From Chrysomallon squamiferum (lineage: Eukaryota > Animalia > Mollusca): a stretch of DNA of 64,000 nucleotides. Within the stretch, counting starts at the first letter, position 1. Each line of letters starts with the position of its first letter. Position numbers and translations under genes: made by a program. The stretch lies in NCBI GenBank assembly GCA_012295275.1, contig CM022666.1, forward strand, positions 5,766,001 to 5,830,000, written 5' to 3'. Of this stretch, positions 11,802 through 24,694 are shown one piece after another. The notes under the pieces were generated by a model that was not told where the DNA came from, did no database searches, and saw only the letters and a program-made list of their open reading frames with translations.

Positions 11802-12227
11802 ATTTGTGACCCTTTCTCCCAAACTAGTTAGAAGTGACTTGACTAACAATAGATTAATTAATATAATGCAGTAATACAAAATAAAAATTTTAAAAAATCA
11901 CTACATTTTGGATTTGAGTATTAAGAAAAAAAAAAAAAAATTCTATCTACGTTTGCACATCAGAAATTCTAAATTGTTAATTTATTTTAAATATCAAGAA
12001 AGAAAAAAAAAAGATTTTTGAAAGAATGCATCCATTTGAAAATTAGCCTAAAAAAATGATGCAAAACTGTTATATAACATTCACAGCATCACAGAAAAGT
12101 CATAGAGAGATCCTCATCTTGTTTCACATAAAAAAATAAACCTCCTTTTGCCCTATCAGATAAGCTTATAATTTACTTTTTTGAAAAATTGGCCATATGA
12201 CTGGTTTTATAATGACGGGTCACGTTT
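11802..12227. mobile_element. MITE-like element with degenerate TIRs
   Basis: Left GTGACCC...CAAACTAGTTAGA (11806); reverse complement of right end GTGACCC...AAAACCAGTCATA (12223). AT-rich non-coding interior. Confidence 0.5.
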
Positions 12228-12879
12228 CTCTTTCTGTGCTTTATGTTGTTTTGACTCAGTCTGTTTATCTCTGACAGGACATGTCTGACTGTGTTGGGAA
12301 AGGTGAGTGACTGAATTCTGTTTGTTTTTACTAGAAAACTTGCTTGAGCGATTTTATATTAGATGCCAAAAAACATACATTTTTTTTTTTTTTATTATTT
12401 TCTTTCTTTTATAAAAAAATAAAAATAAAAATGTTGTAATGCTGTTTGGGTAAAAATGGATTGGCAGGGTATAGTACTCAAAAATGTATTCCTAAATTAT
12501 TATTATATTATTATTATTATTATATTTAGATTATTTTTTACATTCTGTTTTACTATTTCAGTCAGAATTTAAATGAAATAAATCAAATGTCTGAAGTAAT
12601 ATCAATAAAATAAAATATAAATCTCTCTCTTTCTCTCTCTCTATATAAATATAAAAAAAAAAATTCTTATTGAAGTCTGCGTCAGATTTCTGTATTTAAT
12701 TATGTATCATATGAATTTCCATATAGTATATAATTATTAGATGCAAGTCTAGTGTATAAAAATATATATTGCATGATGTCATTAAATTATAATAAATAGA
12801 TCTTTATAATAGTGCATGAACATTGTCACAGTTTGCATAAGAAAGAGATAGTGGTTGTTATGGAAACAGTTACTTTATA

Positions 12880-13412
12880 TGGTTATACTACCTTTATAAT
12901 TATTTTTTAAAATAAAATATTGTTAAACCATACAAGTGAGAGATAATTACATTTGATTATTGAGTAAGATAGCAGCAGTGGGTTTTTTTTAATGTGAGAT
13001 GGTTATACTATTTTTATTAATTGTGGATATGGTTAACTTACCGTATGACAAGTTACATGGTTACACTGTTTTAATTAAAAACTAAGGTGCTTGCTTTTTG
13101 TTAATTATTATTTTACAAATGGAATAGATTTGTTAATGACTGCAAATCATTTCCCAGTCTTTTTATTTATTTTTATTTTTATTTTTTTAAATTAGAAAGA
13201 ATGTTGCAATGTCTTTGTGTTAATAGTGAGATAATAAATATTATCTTGGTTAAGAAGTGAAATGGTTACACCAGATTTGTTAAGTGAGATGGTTACATTG
13301 TATTTGTTAGCAAGTGAGATAGTCATTCCATGTTTGTTAATAAGTAACATAGCTGTATTGTTTTGTTAATAAGTGGGATGGTTACAGTATATTTGTACTA
13401 AGTCAGACAGTT
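12880..13412. repeat. Degenerate tandem repeat (AAGTGAGATGGTTACA motif)
   Basis: Many variants of aagtgagat(g/a)gttac/gttaat, about 30-bp spacing in 13250-13410. Confidence 0.6.
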
Positions 13413-13580
13413 AGTACTTGAAAATGACGAAGAGTAAGAAAATAGTTATGAATAAATAAATTTTAAAATATCTGTGCTATAAAGAAATTACTTTGCTTTT
13501 AAACTTTTTAAATATAGTTTACTGCATTAGACTTAAAATGTTTGCTTTTTCATTTTTAAAAATCTTATGGTTTTGAGGAA

Positions 13581-13612
<32 letters not shown>

Positions 13613-14239
13613 TATTTATTTATTTTTACAATTTTGTTTTAAATTTTATTTATTTATTTATTTATTTTAAATTTTATTTATTTATTTATTTATTTATTTA
13701 TTTTTTTTGATATTAGTATTTATTTTCTTTCTTTTTTAAAATTTTGATAACCCATAAATAATTGAAACCACTGAATATATGTATATATTTTTTTATCTAA
13801 TTTTAATAGCATTATGCCTTGGTCTAAGAATTTAATAGAAAAAACTGTATGATGTAGGCATAATTTTACTTATACACAGATGCAATGCTGATTTTCTGGC
13901 AACCTTTATTGCAAAGACTTGAAAGATAAAAATATCTTTTATCTCTGTAGAACAGGAATAGTAACATCACAATGCTGTTATAGTTTATAAGTATGAACTT
14001 ACAGCTGTAGTTTTTCTGATAACATTAGAAGAAATTTCAGTAAATGGCCATGTCCAATAGTTTTTTAATTAGGTTTTGGATTGTTTAGTGTTATTCCTTG
14101 TTGTTAATGAAAACTGGATGGCTAAAAACAAATAAAAAAACAACTTGGAAGTTTTCAAAATAGATTTTTGTTCATATTACTGAAGATAAATGTGTATTAC
14201 TGTATATACAAAGATTTACCAGAGTCTGTAAAGATCACC

Positions 14240-14482
14240 TGCATAGAATACCTTACATGGAATTCCGTAGCAGGAAATGCATTGGAGGGAATATATTATA
14301 GGGAATTTACTTGCAGGGAATACATTACAAGGAATTTAAACACATGAAACAGATTGTAGGGAAGTCGGTTCCGAGGACTACATTACAGAAAATTCTGTTG
14401 GAGGGAATATACTGTAGAGAACTTAATTATTGAGTGTACATTACAGGGAATATGTTACAGAGAAATAAACTGAAGGGAAAAT
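14240..14482. repeat. Degenerate tandem repeat (TACATTACAGGGAA motif)
   Basis: Repeated tacattacagggaa/atattatagggaa/gattgtagggaa variants. Confidence 0.6.
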
Positions 14483-15144
14483 ATTCTTAGCACAAGCACT
14501 GGAATTATCCATTATCAGAAATGGCACAAAATAATAAACAAATTTCAATAGATGATTGATAATTCCATGAAAGAGGTATCAGGTGATCAATTTCCAGAAA
14601 ATCAGTATGGTACCTGTGTTGTATTATTATTATTATTATTATTATTATTAAATCTAAGCATGTTCAGGTACAGAGGTAGTATTGGTGGTGTCAGGGAGCA
14701 CTAGTAAGCACGGGATAAACTGTTAATTAATATAACTTGTAGTATATTAAATATTTTGCATGCTGGAGCTTATAAATGTGGGTTGGTATAGAGGTTTTCA
14801 TTTTATTACTCTGTAACAAATTTATATTGTTATCATCATGAATGTGAGTGATCATTTATTTATTTGTTTATTTATTTATTGATTATTATTTTTGTTGTTG
14901 TTGTCATTATTATTATTATAATCATTATAGTTGTTATTGTTATTTATTTGTTAATATTGTTATTATTATTACTTAGTTTAAAGCTAGGTTTATTTAACTT
15001 TCTAAGTTTTGTGTTTCTAGTACATAGTCAGTTTAATATTATTCATTGGAAATATTTATTTATTTTTGCAAAAATAACAAAATAGTGTTTTATATGTGTT
15101 GTCTATGAAGGTAATTTTATTTATTTATTTACTTATTTATTTAC

Positions 15145-15179
<35 letters not shown>

Positions 15180-15218
15180 TTTTATTATTATTAGCTTAAA
15201 GTACATTTATATAAACAG

Positions 15219-15288
<70 letters not shown>

Positions 15289-15617
15289 CACATACACTGT
15301 GAAGTCAAAAACATACATGCATAAACAGATACTATAAAGGGAAAAAGGGAGAAAATGTTAAATATAATTACTTTTATTTAATAATTCTCTCTTTCTCTCT
15401 CTCTCTCTCTCGTTCTCTCTTTCTCTCTGTATGTATGTATGTATCTATTTATGTATACATATGCATTACTGGGAATTCAGCTGGACGGAATATATCATAA
15501 GGAATTTATTTTCATGGAATATATTAATTTCTATTCATCCTCTTTATCAACTACAAAGTAATTTCATTCCTGTGATAATTTTTTTTCTTTATTAATTATT
15601 CATTTTTTCTATTGCAG

Positions 15618-15701
15618 ATCCTGCCAACAGACAATGTTAACAACTTCAGAAATTCATATATGTTGACAGCCCCTCCATCCCTAGGATCCAGTAGTGCTTG
15701 A
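15618..15701 (+). CDS. DOCK9: DOCK9/10/11 probable terminal coding exon
   Basis: Strong acceptor ttttttctattgcag; phase 0 matches the previous exon; ILPTDNVNNFRNSYMLTAPPSLGSSSA* has the Ser-rich end typical of DOCK-D tails. Confidence 0.75.
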   Translation: MLPTDNVNNFRNSYMLTAPPSLGSSSA

Positions 15702-18382
15702 AACAAATACCACAAACCATAACTGGTTTTAGTTTTGTCTTGTGTTGCTCTGTGACTGTCACAACTTAAAGATGACCAAGTGCTCATATGTTCTAACAAA
15801 CCATGGAAAAAAAGGAAAAAAAACCACAAAAACAAACCCAAACATCCAAGTTTGGAATAACTGTTAAACAGGGGATTTTGTTTTATTATTTTATTATTTA
15901 AACTTTCTTTTTGTAGTAGAAAGATAAGATGTACTGGAAAAGCAGTACTGCCAAAAGTTAAGAATATAGGAAAATACTGGTAGTATGCCAAAAATGAGAA
16001 GTTTATTGTGAAGAAAAATTGGCACATCTCCCAAATTTTGGTATAGGGAAAAATTGTTATGAATAGAGGAAGAAGAAATGTACTGGGGAAAAAGAAAAAA
16101 ACAATTCAGAAACAAACATTTAGATAGAAACTGGGTTTAAAAAAAAAAAAAAAATGATAATGTAATACTGGAGAGAGAGAGAGAAAAAAATTTAGCAATG
16201 AATAAACATGGTGCAATAAACAGGAAAAAAATATACTGGAAAATGTTAAAATACTGTGCCAAAAAATTGGCAGTAGTGGAAAAAAAATATAGCTTTGGGA
16301 AAAGGGTAGTATTGGATAATTTGGAAGAAAATATTGGTAATTGTGGAAAAGAAACCTTTGGTACAGAAAAACACATTAGAAAAATGAGAAAAAGAATAGA
16401 GGACATCAAAAAATCATTTATTGATATAAAAAAAAAACGAGATTGCCAGTGTGAGGAAACGTTTGTTGGAAACGGAAAAGCAGTTCAAGCTACTGAAGAA
16501 GCAAGCAGTCTAGAGGAATGGGAAAAAAAAAAAAAAAAAAATGCCATAAAACAATGGCAATAAAGAATAAAAGTAAAACTCCAGTCATTCATTTACACTT
16601 ATGCAAGACAGCTGCTCTGATCTGATTTGTTTGCATTCTTTATTTTTATTATTATTATTTTTTTTTTCTTCTTCAATTTAAAATATTCACCTGAAAGTAG
16701 GTTTAGATAGAAACAGAAATTCTTTACGTACATGAGACTCATTAACTGTGGACTGATTAAATATAATAGGATTTTGTTGCACAAACGATAAAAATCATTC
16801 ATATTTCATAATGACATTCTGTTTATTTCATGAGAAAATTCCATAACTTTCATGATGAAATACAGTAAATTAAGTAACATAATATAATAATATTATGAAG
16901 ATTACTGAAAAAAGATTTGAGTTTTTTTACTCTTGTTTAAAAACTAAACATAGCTATATAACATCATTATAAAATGAGATACACAGAAAAAAAGAAGAAA
17001 TATCGTCAATGTCTTTGGTAGGTAAAGATTTTAAGGAGGTGTTCAGCAACGGCAACAATGTTAAATAATTAACTGCATAAGAATTATGACTGTCATTTAA
17101 TAATTAATGTCTTACTGTCTCAGAAACAGTGGATTAACAACGAATTAAAAAAAAAAACAAAAAAAAACACATTGAAAGTCCCTGTAGGAAAAATGTTCTA
17201 GTCTGTTGTTGTTGTTTTTTTGATATATCTTACCTTGTTTTTGCTGTGTGTTAAAACTTTATTTTTAGCAAAGGACTGTTTTTGCTGTAGGTGTGTTTAA
17301 CAAGGTTAGGACATTAGAAAAAGAAAAAAAAAAAACCTCCTAAAAGTAAATAAATATTGGTGATAAACAATATTTTGCTATGTAAAGAAGTGCCTAAAAT
17401 AACCTCGAGTATTGATAAACTAGATGTGAACAGTAACATAAAGCAGAATTCTTTATATGTGTATATATGGTTTATAGTATGGTGCTACTCTGTCTGTATA
17501 TGATTTGCTGAAGGTTATAATGTATTCATGGGCGGTGCCAGGATGTAAAATTAACCAATGAATTTTGTACAGATAGGAAGGTAACACCTCCCACTAGATA
17601 TAATGTGAAATTATCTTGTGTGTTTTTGTCTTGGGGTTTTTATAAGCTTTATGTATATATATATATATATCTCCAATACATCTGTAATATTTCAATATTC
17701 AGAAATAAATAATACAATACTGTATCAGAACACATGCACACGTATATACTCATAGATTTACACAAAAGAACATGCATACAAACCTATTGATATTAATTTA
17801 CAAACAGGCATAAGTATTTAAATGCATACATAGATATATACATACATCATTACATTTGTCCATGATGATACATATAATTTTAAATTGGCATCAAATGAAC
17901 AAATATATATTTGTGCACATAGACTGAAGCTCATTTTTAGTTTTCTTTTAAATACATAATTATATACTAGCATTATATAAGTATGTATGTATCTCATTTC
18001 CTTTTAAATTCTTTAGCATTCCTCTTTTTTCCCTGCACATTTTTTTCCCTAATTTCGTTTATTTCTTTAGGCAGACACATATTACATAAAATCTAAATAA
18101 AATACACCAAACTTATAACATTACAGAGACTGAAAAATAATTATATACAGCTTTTAATATTATTTTTTAGAATTTAGATATTTAAATTTAATAATCACCA
18201 ATCAGTGTTCCTTAAATATTTTTTTTTTATAAGATTTTGTGTAATATTGTTTTATCAAAGATTAAAACTAAGCTCAGTAGAGTGGCCAGTTATACTCATA
18301 GTCTATGCAGATATTAATTTAATTATCAAGAATAGTTAAAATTTTGTTGTCTGGTTTATTTTTCAGTAATTTGCCCTTGGTT

Positions 18383-18468
18383 ATCATTTAGCATACGTTT
18401 AGTCATTTTACATATGTTTAGTCATTTAGCATACATTTAGTCATTTAACATATGTTTAGTCATTCAGC
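18383..18468. repeat. 19-bp tandem repeat TCATTTAGCATATGTTTAG (4-5 copies)
   Basis: Read directly from the sequence. Confidence 0.85.
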
Positions 18469-19255
18469 AGAATAAAAATGGTATTTTATTTAGGCTATAA
18501 CAATGTGATAATATGTTACTTATGTAATTTTCAGATAGGTTTATTGATAATGAATTATTGCTAATATTGAATATTACTTTTTTTGTTGGAAATGTGTGTA
18601 GATCATTTTTAACTTTTTGATGTGTACTTTTTGAGTTGTATTCTAAAGTAATATTTTCATTGTTTTAAGATGTTTTACTTGAATTTTTGTTCATTTTTCT
18701 TAGTTTTTCATATTTTATTCATTCTTACTTTACGAATTAATTAATTTGTATTCTTATTTTATTTATTTATTACATTGTTTTTAACTTTGTTTTACTTTTT
18801 AATTACTTTATTTATTGATTGATTTTTTATTTAATTATTTATATTTATTTACTCAATTATTCATTTTATTCATTTATTTATTCATTCATTTATTATTTAT
18901 TTAATTATTCATTTATTTATTTATTTATTTAATTTTCCAGTTACTGACAAGCTCATCAACAAAGTTTATAAAACCTTTTTCAAAATTATTTATTGATTTT
19001 TTATTTGATATAAAATTTAATTCTATGTGCTCAGTTTATATTTATACATAATAATAAACTCACTATATGTGTCTTTGTAGTTTAAATTGTTAATTGTACT
19101 CAACTGCATCAGTTTTATTTTTAAAACTTTTGATTTATTTTTCATTGCATCTGTATGCATGTAATAATAATGTTTTATATATTATTTATGATCTTTTATA
19201 TAACTGTTTTTTTTACAAAAAAACATTTGTTGTTTTTTTCTCCACTTAACATTTA

Positions 19256-19261
19256 AATAAA
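19256..19261 (+). promoter_or_regulatory. Candidate DOCK poly(A) signal
   Basis: AATAAA after a UTR-like U-rich stretch and followed by T/GT-rich sequence. Many other AATAAA sites exist, so this is weak. Confidence 0.25.
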
Positions 19262-19369
19262 GGTAAGCTCTGAACCATTTCTTTGTGAATATTTTAGAGT
19301 TCTCTTTAGAGAAAATTATTTCTTTAAATTAATGTTATTCATTTTTATTTGAATGTTTGTGGTCCTTTC

Positions 19370-19441
<72 letters not shown>

Positions 19442-20030
19442 GACAGACAGACAGACAGACTGCAGAGGCAAATTTAACAATTTCTCAAAGTAAACCTAAA
19501 TTACGGATGCAATACATTGTACCTAAAAATGATGCTTAAAATAAATTAAAATTTCTGATTAAAAAAAAAAATGAATAATATGCTGGACATGTTAGAAATT
19601 AAAAAGATGAAATAATTATACATTGCTGTAATTATTTAAAAATTAATTATAAAATTAATTATGCAATATGATTAAGCAAATGGATGCAGAAGGTAGTGTT
19701 TTGTTTTTTTTTATACTGAATTTATTAATAATAATAATATAATTATTTTTGCTTTTTAATTTGTAATTATTTTACATTTTCAGAATCATCATCTTTGCTT
19801 TATGAAAACAAACTAGTATGTAATAAAAATATTACGAATTTTTAAAGTATTTTTTTTTTTTTTTTTTTTTTTACACTAATATTACTATTATATGTTTCTC
19901 TTTCTTTAATTGTATATATGCTTTATACTCTATCTATTTCTAGAATCTCCAACTTTTTTTCTACATAAATTGTTTTTATTCTTGATATTTTTTTATAAAC
20001 CAGTTTTTTTTTTTAATATATATTACTTAA

Positions 20031-20066
<36 letters not shown>

Positions 20067-21499
20067 ATATGTGTATATATACATACATAATAATAGTTTT
20101 GTAATGAATGTGGATGAAATAACATTTACACTGAATGAATGAATGAATGAATAGTGAGGAACACATCCATACACACAGAAATACATGCAAATATCCCTGA
20201 ACTTTAAAATGTAATTATTATTTATCTTTATTAAATTAAATAAATAAATAAATAAATTGTCTCAATTTACTTTATAAAAGTTAATTTACTATTATTTTAA
20301 TAATTTTGAACCTATTGAAATATTAGATTTTTTTTTTTTTTATTACAATATACTGTATCAGTAACAAGAAAAAGAACTATAGCAATAATAATAACAATTA
20401 TTTTATTTATTTTATTATTATTTTTTAATAATAGTGTGTCTTTTTTTGTTTTTCAAATAAAATGATTAAACAACAGCAATAATAATGCATTATTACACAA
20501 ATTGTATTATTATTATGATTACAATTGTTATATAAAAAATTTACATAATAATTGGTGATAGTCATTTCTATATTTATAAAATTAATATTAGCATATGTCA
20601 GCATCTATTATCAATGATATAACCAGACAATGAAGAATAGCTCTGATCTCAAATTATGCTCCATCAATGATATTAATTGAAATGAAATTTCTGTTTAATG
20701 AAATTTAGAAAATTCTTAGGTTTTTTGTTTATTCTAAATATATTATTCTTTTATGCTTGACAATAATGTAGCCGGATAATTTAAAAAATTATTCCTTATT
20801 AGTTATATTAACATTTATACTTTTGTAGAATTTCAGTAGAAATTTTCTTACATTTGTCTCTGATGCATGCACAGTGTGTTTCTGAGAACATTTACATTTT
20901 CAGCTTTTTAAAATTATTTTTCCTATCTTTTTTTGGTTATCCTTTTTCTTGTATATCTCTTTTTAAAAATGTACATGCATATTAATATGTCCCTATAGAT
21001 TTTTATAAAATTGTTAATATTTTTATTTCACAATTTACAAATCATTACTATATACAAATATACACTGCTTATAATGGCTTCAGCTTATATACCTTCTGTT
21101 CACAGTTTTTGGTGTGACATTATTTTATTTTTTTCTTTTACATATAGATCTTAATGTATATTTAAATGTAAATAATGTATGAGGTATTTAAATACAAGAG
21201 AAATGTAAAATATGCCAGTGTAAACTATACAAGATACCATCAACCTGCTTATTATTCTAATAAAAATTTTGTTTACTTAAGTTTGTCTTGTTTGGTTGTT
21301 GTTGTTTTTTTTGTAGGGTTGTTGTTGTTGTTTTTTTTGGGGTGGGGGTTAAGAAAATGTTATCAAATTAGATAACTGTGAGATATACTGGATGGATTTT
21401 CCCCAGATTTGAGACAATGAAAATTTTGCAGATGTAAAACAAAGAAAACAAAATCTAATATCTGAAATTATCATTTTATTACTTTTCCTTTTCTTTTAA

Positions 21500-21564
<65 letters not shown>

Positions 21565-23157
21565 TGTTATTATTTTATTTTTAAAGAAAAAGGAGAAGAA
21601 AAAACTTAATTTAGTAATGAAGGTACAGAAGAAAACACACTACCAAACATAATGTCATTATCAAAACTGAACCAGATCAAGAATTGTCTCTGTAAATGGC
21701 TGTTCACCTGAGACTGAAGCAGTTAATTCTAATCTCATTTCAATTTGATTTCACTCACTGATTTCATAGATTTAGTTGAGAATTTCTTGAGACTGGAAAC
21801 AAGTAAACAGCATTTCCAATTTTCTAAAGATAAAGAGCAGTGATTTAATACTTTGGAGTAGCACCACCTTCTTCCACAGGCAACTTTTGTACACTGATAG
21901 CACTGACTATGGCAACTTTAAAATGTTTCGAAAGCCTGAGGACAGTCACTCTGCTGTTGAATTTTATATCAACTGGTGTTAATAAAATTATTATATTGTA
22001 GACTGTCTATTCTATAAGATACTGTGGCTAAAAAACCCAGATAACATGGACTATTTTAAAGAATTAATATCCTAATCATTGCTGTCATTCACATATTATT
22101 AGACTGAACACTTACATGTGCATTTGTCACACCAGTGGTATGCTTTTAAAGAACATTGTTTTGGTTATGTATTATAAAAGGGGCCATCACAAATCATTTT
22201 ACCTATACGTGGCCAAGAATGTGACATCTATCAAATGTGTATAACTGAGGACTGGAAGAGTGTGCTATCTATTAGTGTTGGTGTGTCAGCCATTACAACA
22301 TAGACAGAAGATGTTACACACATAAGTCATTCTAATACTGTGAATAAGAGAAAAAAAAGAGACGTTAGCAACAAAAATCAAAAACTTGATGACAGCTAAA
22401 GTCCCTTAAACATTATTAGTTATATGCCATAAAGCTTTGGTAAGCTGTTATTGGTCTATTATTTTACTTTGAGTGGTGTGCTGTAGTTGTAGTGTGCCTT
22501 CAAAGCAGAGATTAGTCTGTCTTAAAATGGAAAAAAGAAAAAAATGCTATATGCATTATTTACCCAAAATCTTTTCATTATTGTCTCCTTTATTATTAGT
22601 AAAGATTGGTCATCAGTTATAATAAATCACTTAAAAATATACAACATGGATTCAGGTTTTGTTAATAGTAAATGCAAGTATCTTAAAAAATAATCTTCAG
22701 GGGGAAAAAATATTTTTATCTGAAAGCAGTGTTGTACATGAAATATTTAATTTAAAATAAAATTAATAGAAATTTAAATATTCTTTCAGTGACCTTCTGC
22801 TTGATGTTTTGGTAAAGGACATATTGATTTTTTTAATTCCAAGAACAAAAGACTTTTTTTTGATAATACCAGTGTTGTGTGATATTGTTGGTATGTTTAA
22901 TGTATTCCCATTTTGCTTTGTTTTTATTTTTTCAAATATTTTGTGTATAAGCATGAATTAATTTTATCATAAGCAATATTTTATAAATATTCTCCAACCA
23001 TATTATGCTTGTTCAAATAAAAGAAGTAAAAATATTTTTTTTTTCTTGCTATGGTAACAGTGTAGATTTGAATGATTGATAATAGTGACCAGTTTCAATG
23101 AATCAGATCTGAAACATGAACGTATCATCATAATTAGACGATTCTGAACCTGGACAG

Positions 23158-23173
23158 TAGCGCCCCCTTGTGA
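23158..23173 (-). promoter_or_regulatory. CTCF-type binding motif
   Basis: TAGCGCCCCCTTGTGA; reverse complement TCACAAGGGGGCGCTA vs consensus CCACCAGGGGGCGCTA (14/16), in a very AT-rich background. Confidence 0.7.
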
Positions 23174-23574
23174 CACTTTTACAATAATTATAACATGTAA
23201 ATACTTATAAACTACACTACATAATTCATTATGCTTCTCTCATAGCAATTTAACTCTGGGCTTCCAACATCAAAATGTATTTAAAAAAAGACTGGAAAAT
23301 CAAAGATTAAGAATAACTAGTTCTTATTTTGTTTTGTTTTTAAATATATATATTTTTTTTTTTATGGTTTTTATTAATTACTTTGATTTTATAAGATCAT
23401 TTTGTGAGATAATGAATTTGTGAAAAAAATTAACTCATGCAAGTTTTAATGTATTGTGAATTAAAGACAGATCAGTTCTTAAATATTTTATTTATTTTTA
23501 CATAAATATGTTATTTTTCTAACAAAGTATATTTTTATTTTGAAACAAAAGAAAATAATGTTTTCTGTACCTAA

Positions 23575-23700
23575 GGTGAACAGTCCCCCAGTTAACTCAT
23601 TTTCAAGCATGAGTTAATCTGTATTAGCCACTCTGAGGTGGGCAGATAACTCACATTCAAGTAAGAGTTATCTTGTGTTAACCTACCTGAGGTGGGGGTG
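23575..23700. repeat. ~53-bp duplicated unit (TAACTCA..TTCAAG..GAGTTA..CTGAGGTGGG)
   Basis: Two clear copies plus a partial one; internal AACTC/GAGTT dyad. Confidence 0.6.
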
Positions 23701-24694
23701 TCATCACTCACCAGGTGACTCAATGTTGCTGCATTTTAGGTTCAGTTTTAAAAATTAAACTTGTAATATTTATAAAAGAATTAAAATATGGTGAGGAATC
23801 TTAAGAAAAAGAAAATTAAGAAATAAAAGAAATTTTGTTTATAAGACACAACAAATTGTTTGAACATAAATTTAAAAGAAAATACTATTTTCAATACATC
23901 AAATAATAAAATATATTTAAATATTTTAAATTTACTTTTTATCTAATATGAAGTAAGAAACAAAAAAATTGAAACTAATTAATTTATAGTTATTAACACA
24001 TTTATTATTTATTTATTTATTAATACACATTGTTTCCTTTATTTAATTTTTTTTTAATATTGTTACTGTTTTAATTTAATTTATAATTTAATTTATTTAT
24101 TTACATACAAATCCTTTCATTTAGTTATTTATTTACTTTAATACCCATTTATTTCTTTGTTTTTCACTGGTTTATAAACATTTCTTTATTCATACTTAAT
24201 ATGAAAAAAATATTTTAAAAATAAATTATTTTGTATAATTTCATGATTATTTATTTTTAGTTTGATACCTTCTTTTGCATATTTATATTATGCCTCACAC
24301 AAAAAATGAAGTGATAAAAAAGAGATTAAAAAGATACAATTGTCGTGTCCTATAATATAAATTAAATTTTGCAGCGTCTATCAAAACAAAAAAGAAACAA
24401 AAAATAAATATAAATTTTTGACGCAAATTTTGACGGTTCACCAAAATAATGGAGATCAGAGAATTCTACAGTAAAATTTACCAAGTTTGATTTCCTAGAT
24501 ACCAAATTTGAAATAAACTCCAATCTGAGAACCTTACACTGACCAGAGGACAGCTGATGTCATGTCATGTGACTTTTCAATTACAAGTAATCTTAAATCT
24601 TAAAACTAGTCATTGTCTGTTTGTAAGTCTCTCATTCAGTGTATTTGTCCTTGTATCTCAGTAAATAGGTGTGACATATTTGTGAATTGTTGTA

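Noticed and set aside
16198-16563. 121-aa Lys/Glu-rich ORF
   Set aside because: Lies in an A-rich degenerate (AATACTGG-like) stretch of the probable DOCK 3' UTR; no recognisable domain.
21790-22010. Open frames of about 50-60 codons on both strands
   Set aside because: No recognisable homology or convincing splice chain; compatible with chance. A TBLASTX search would settle it.
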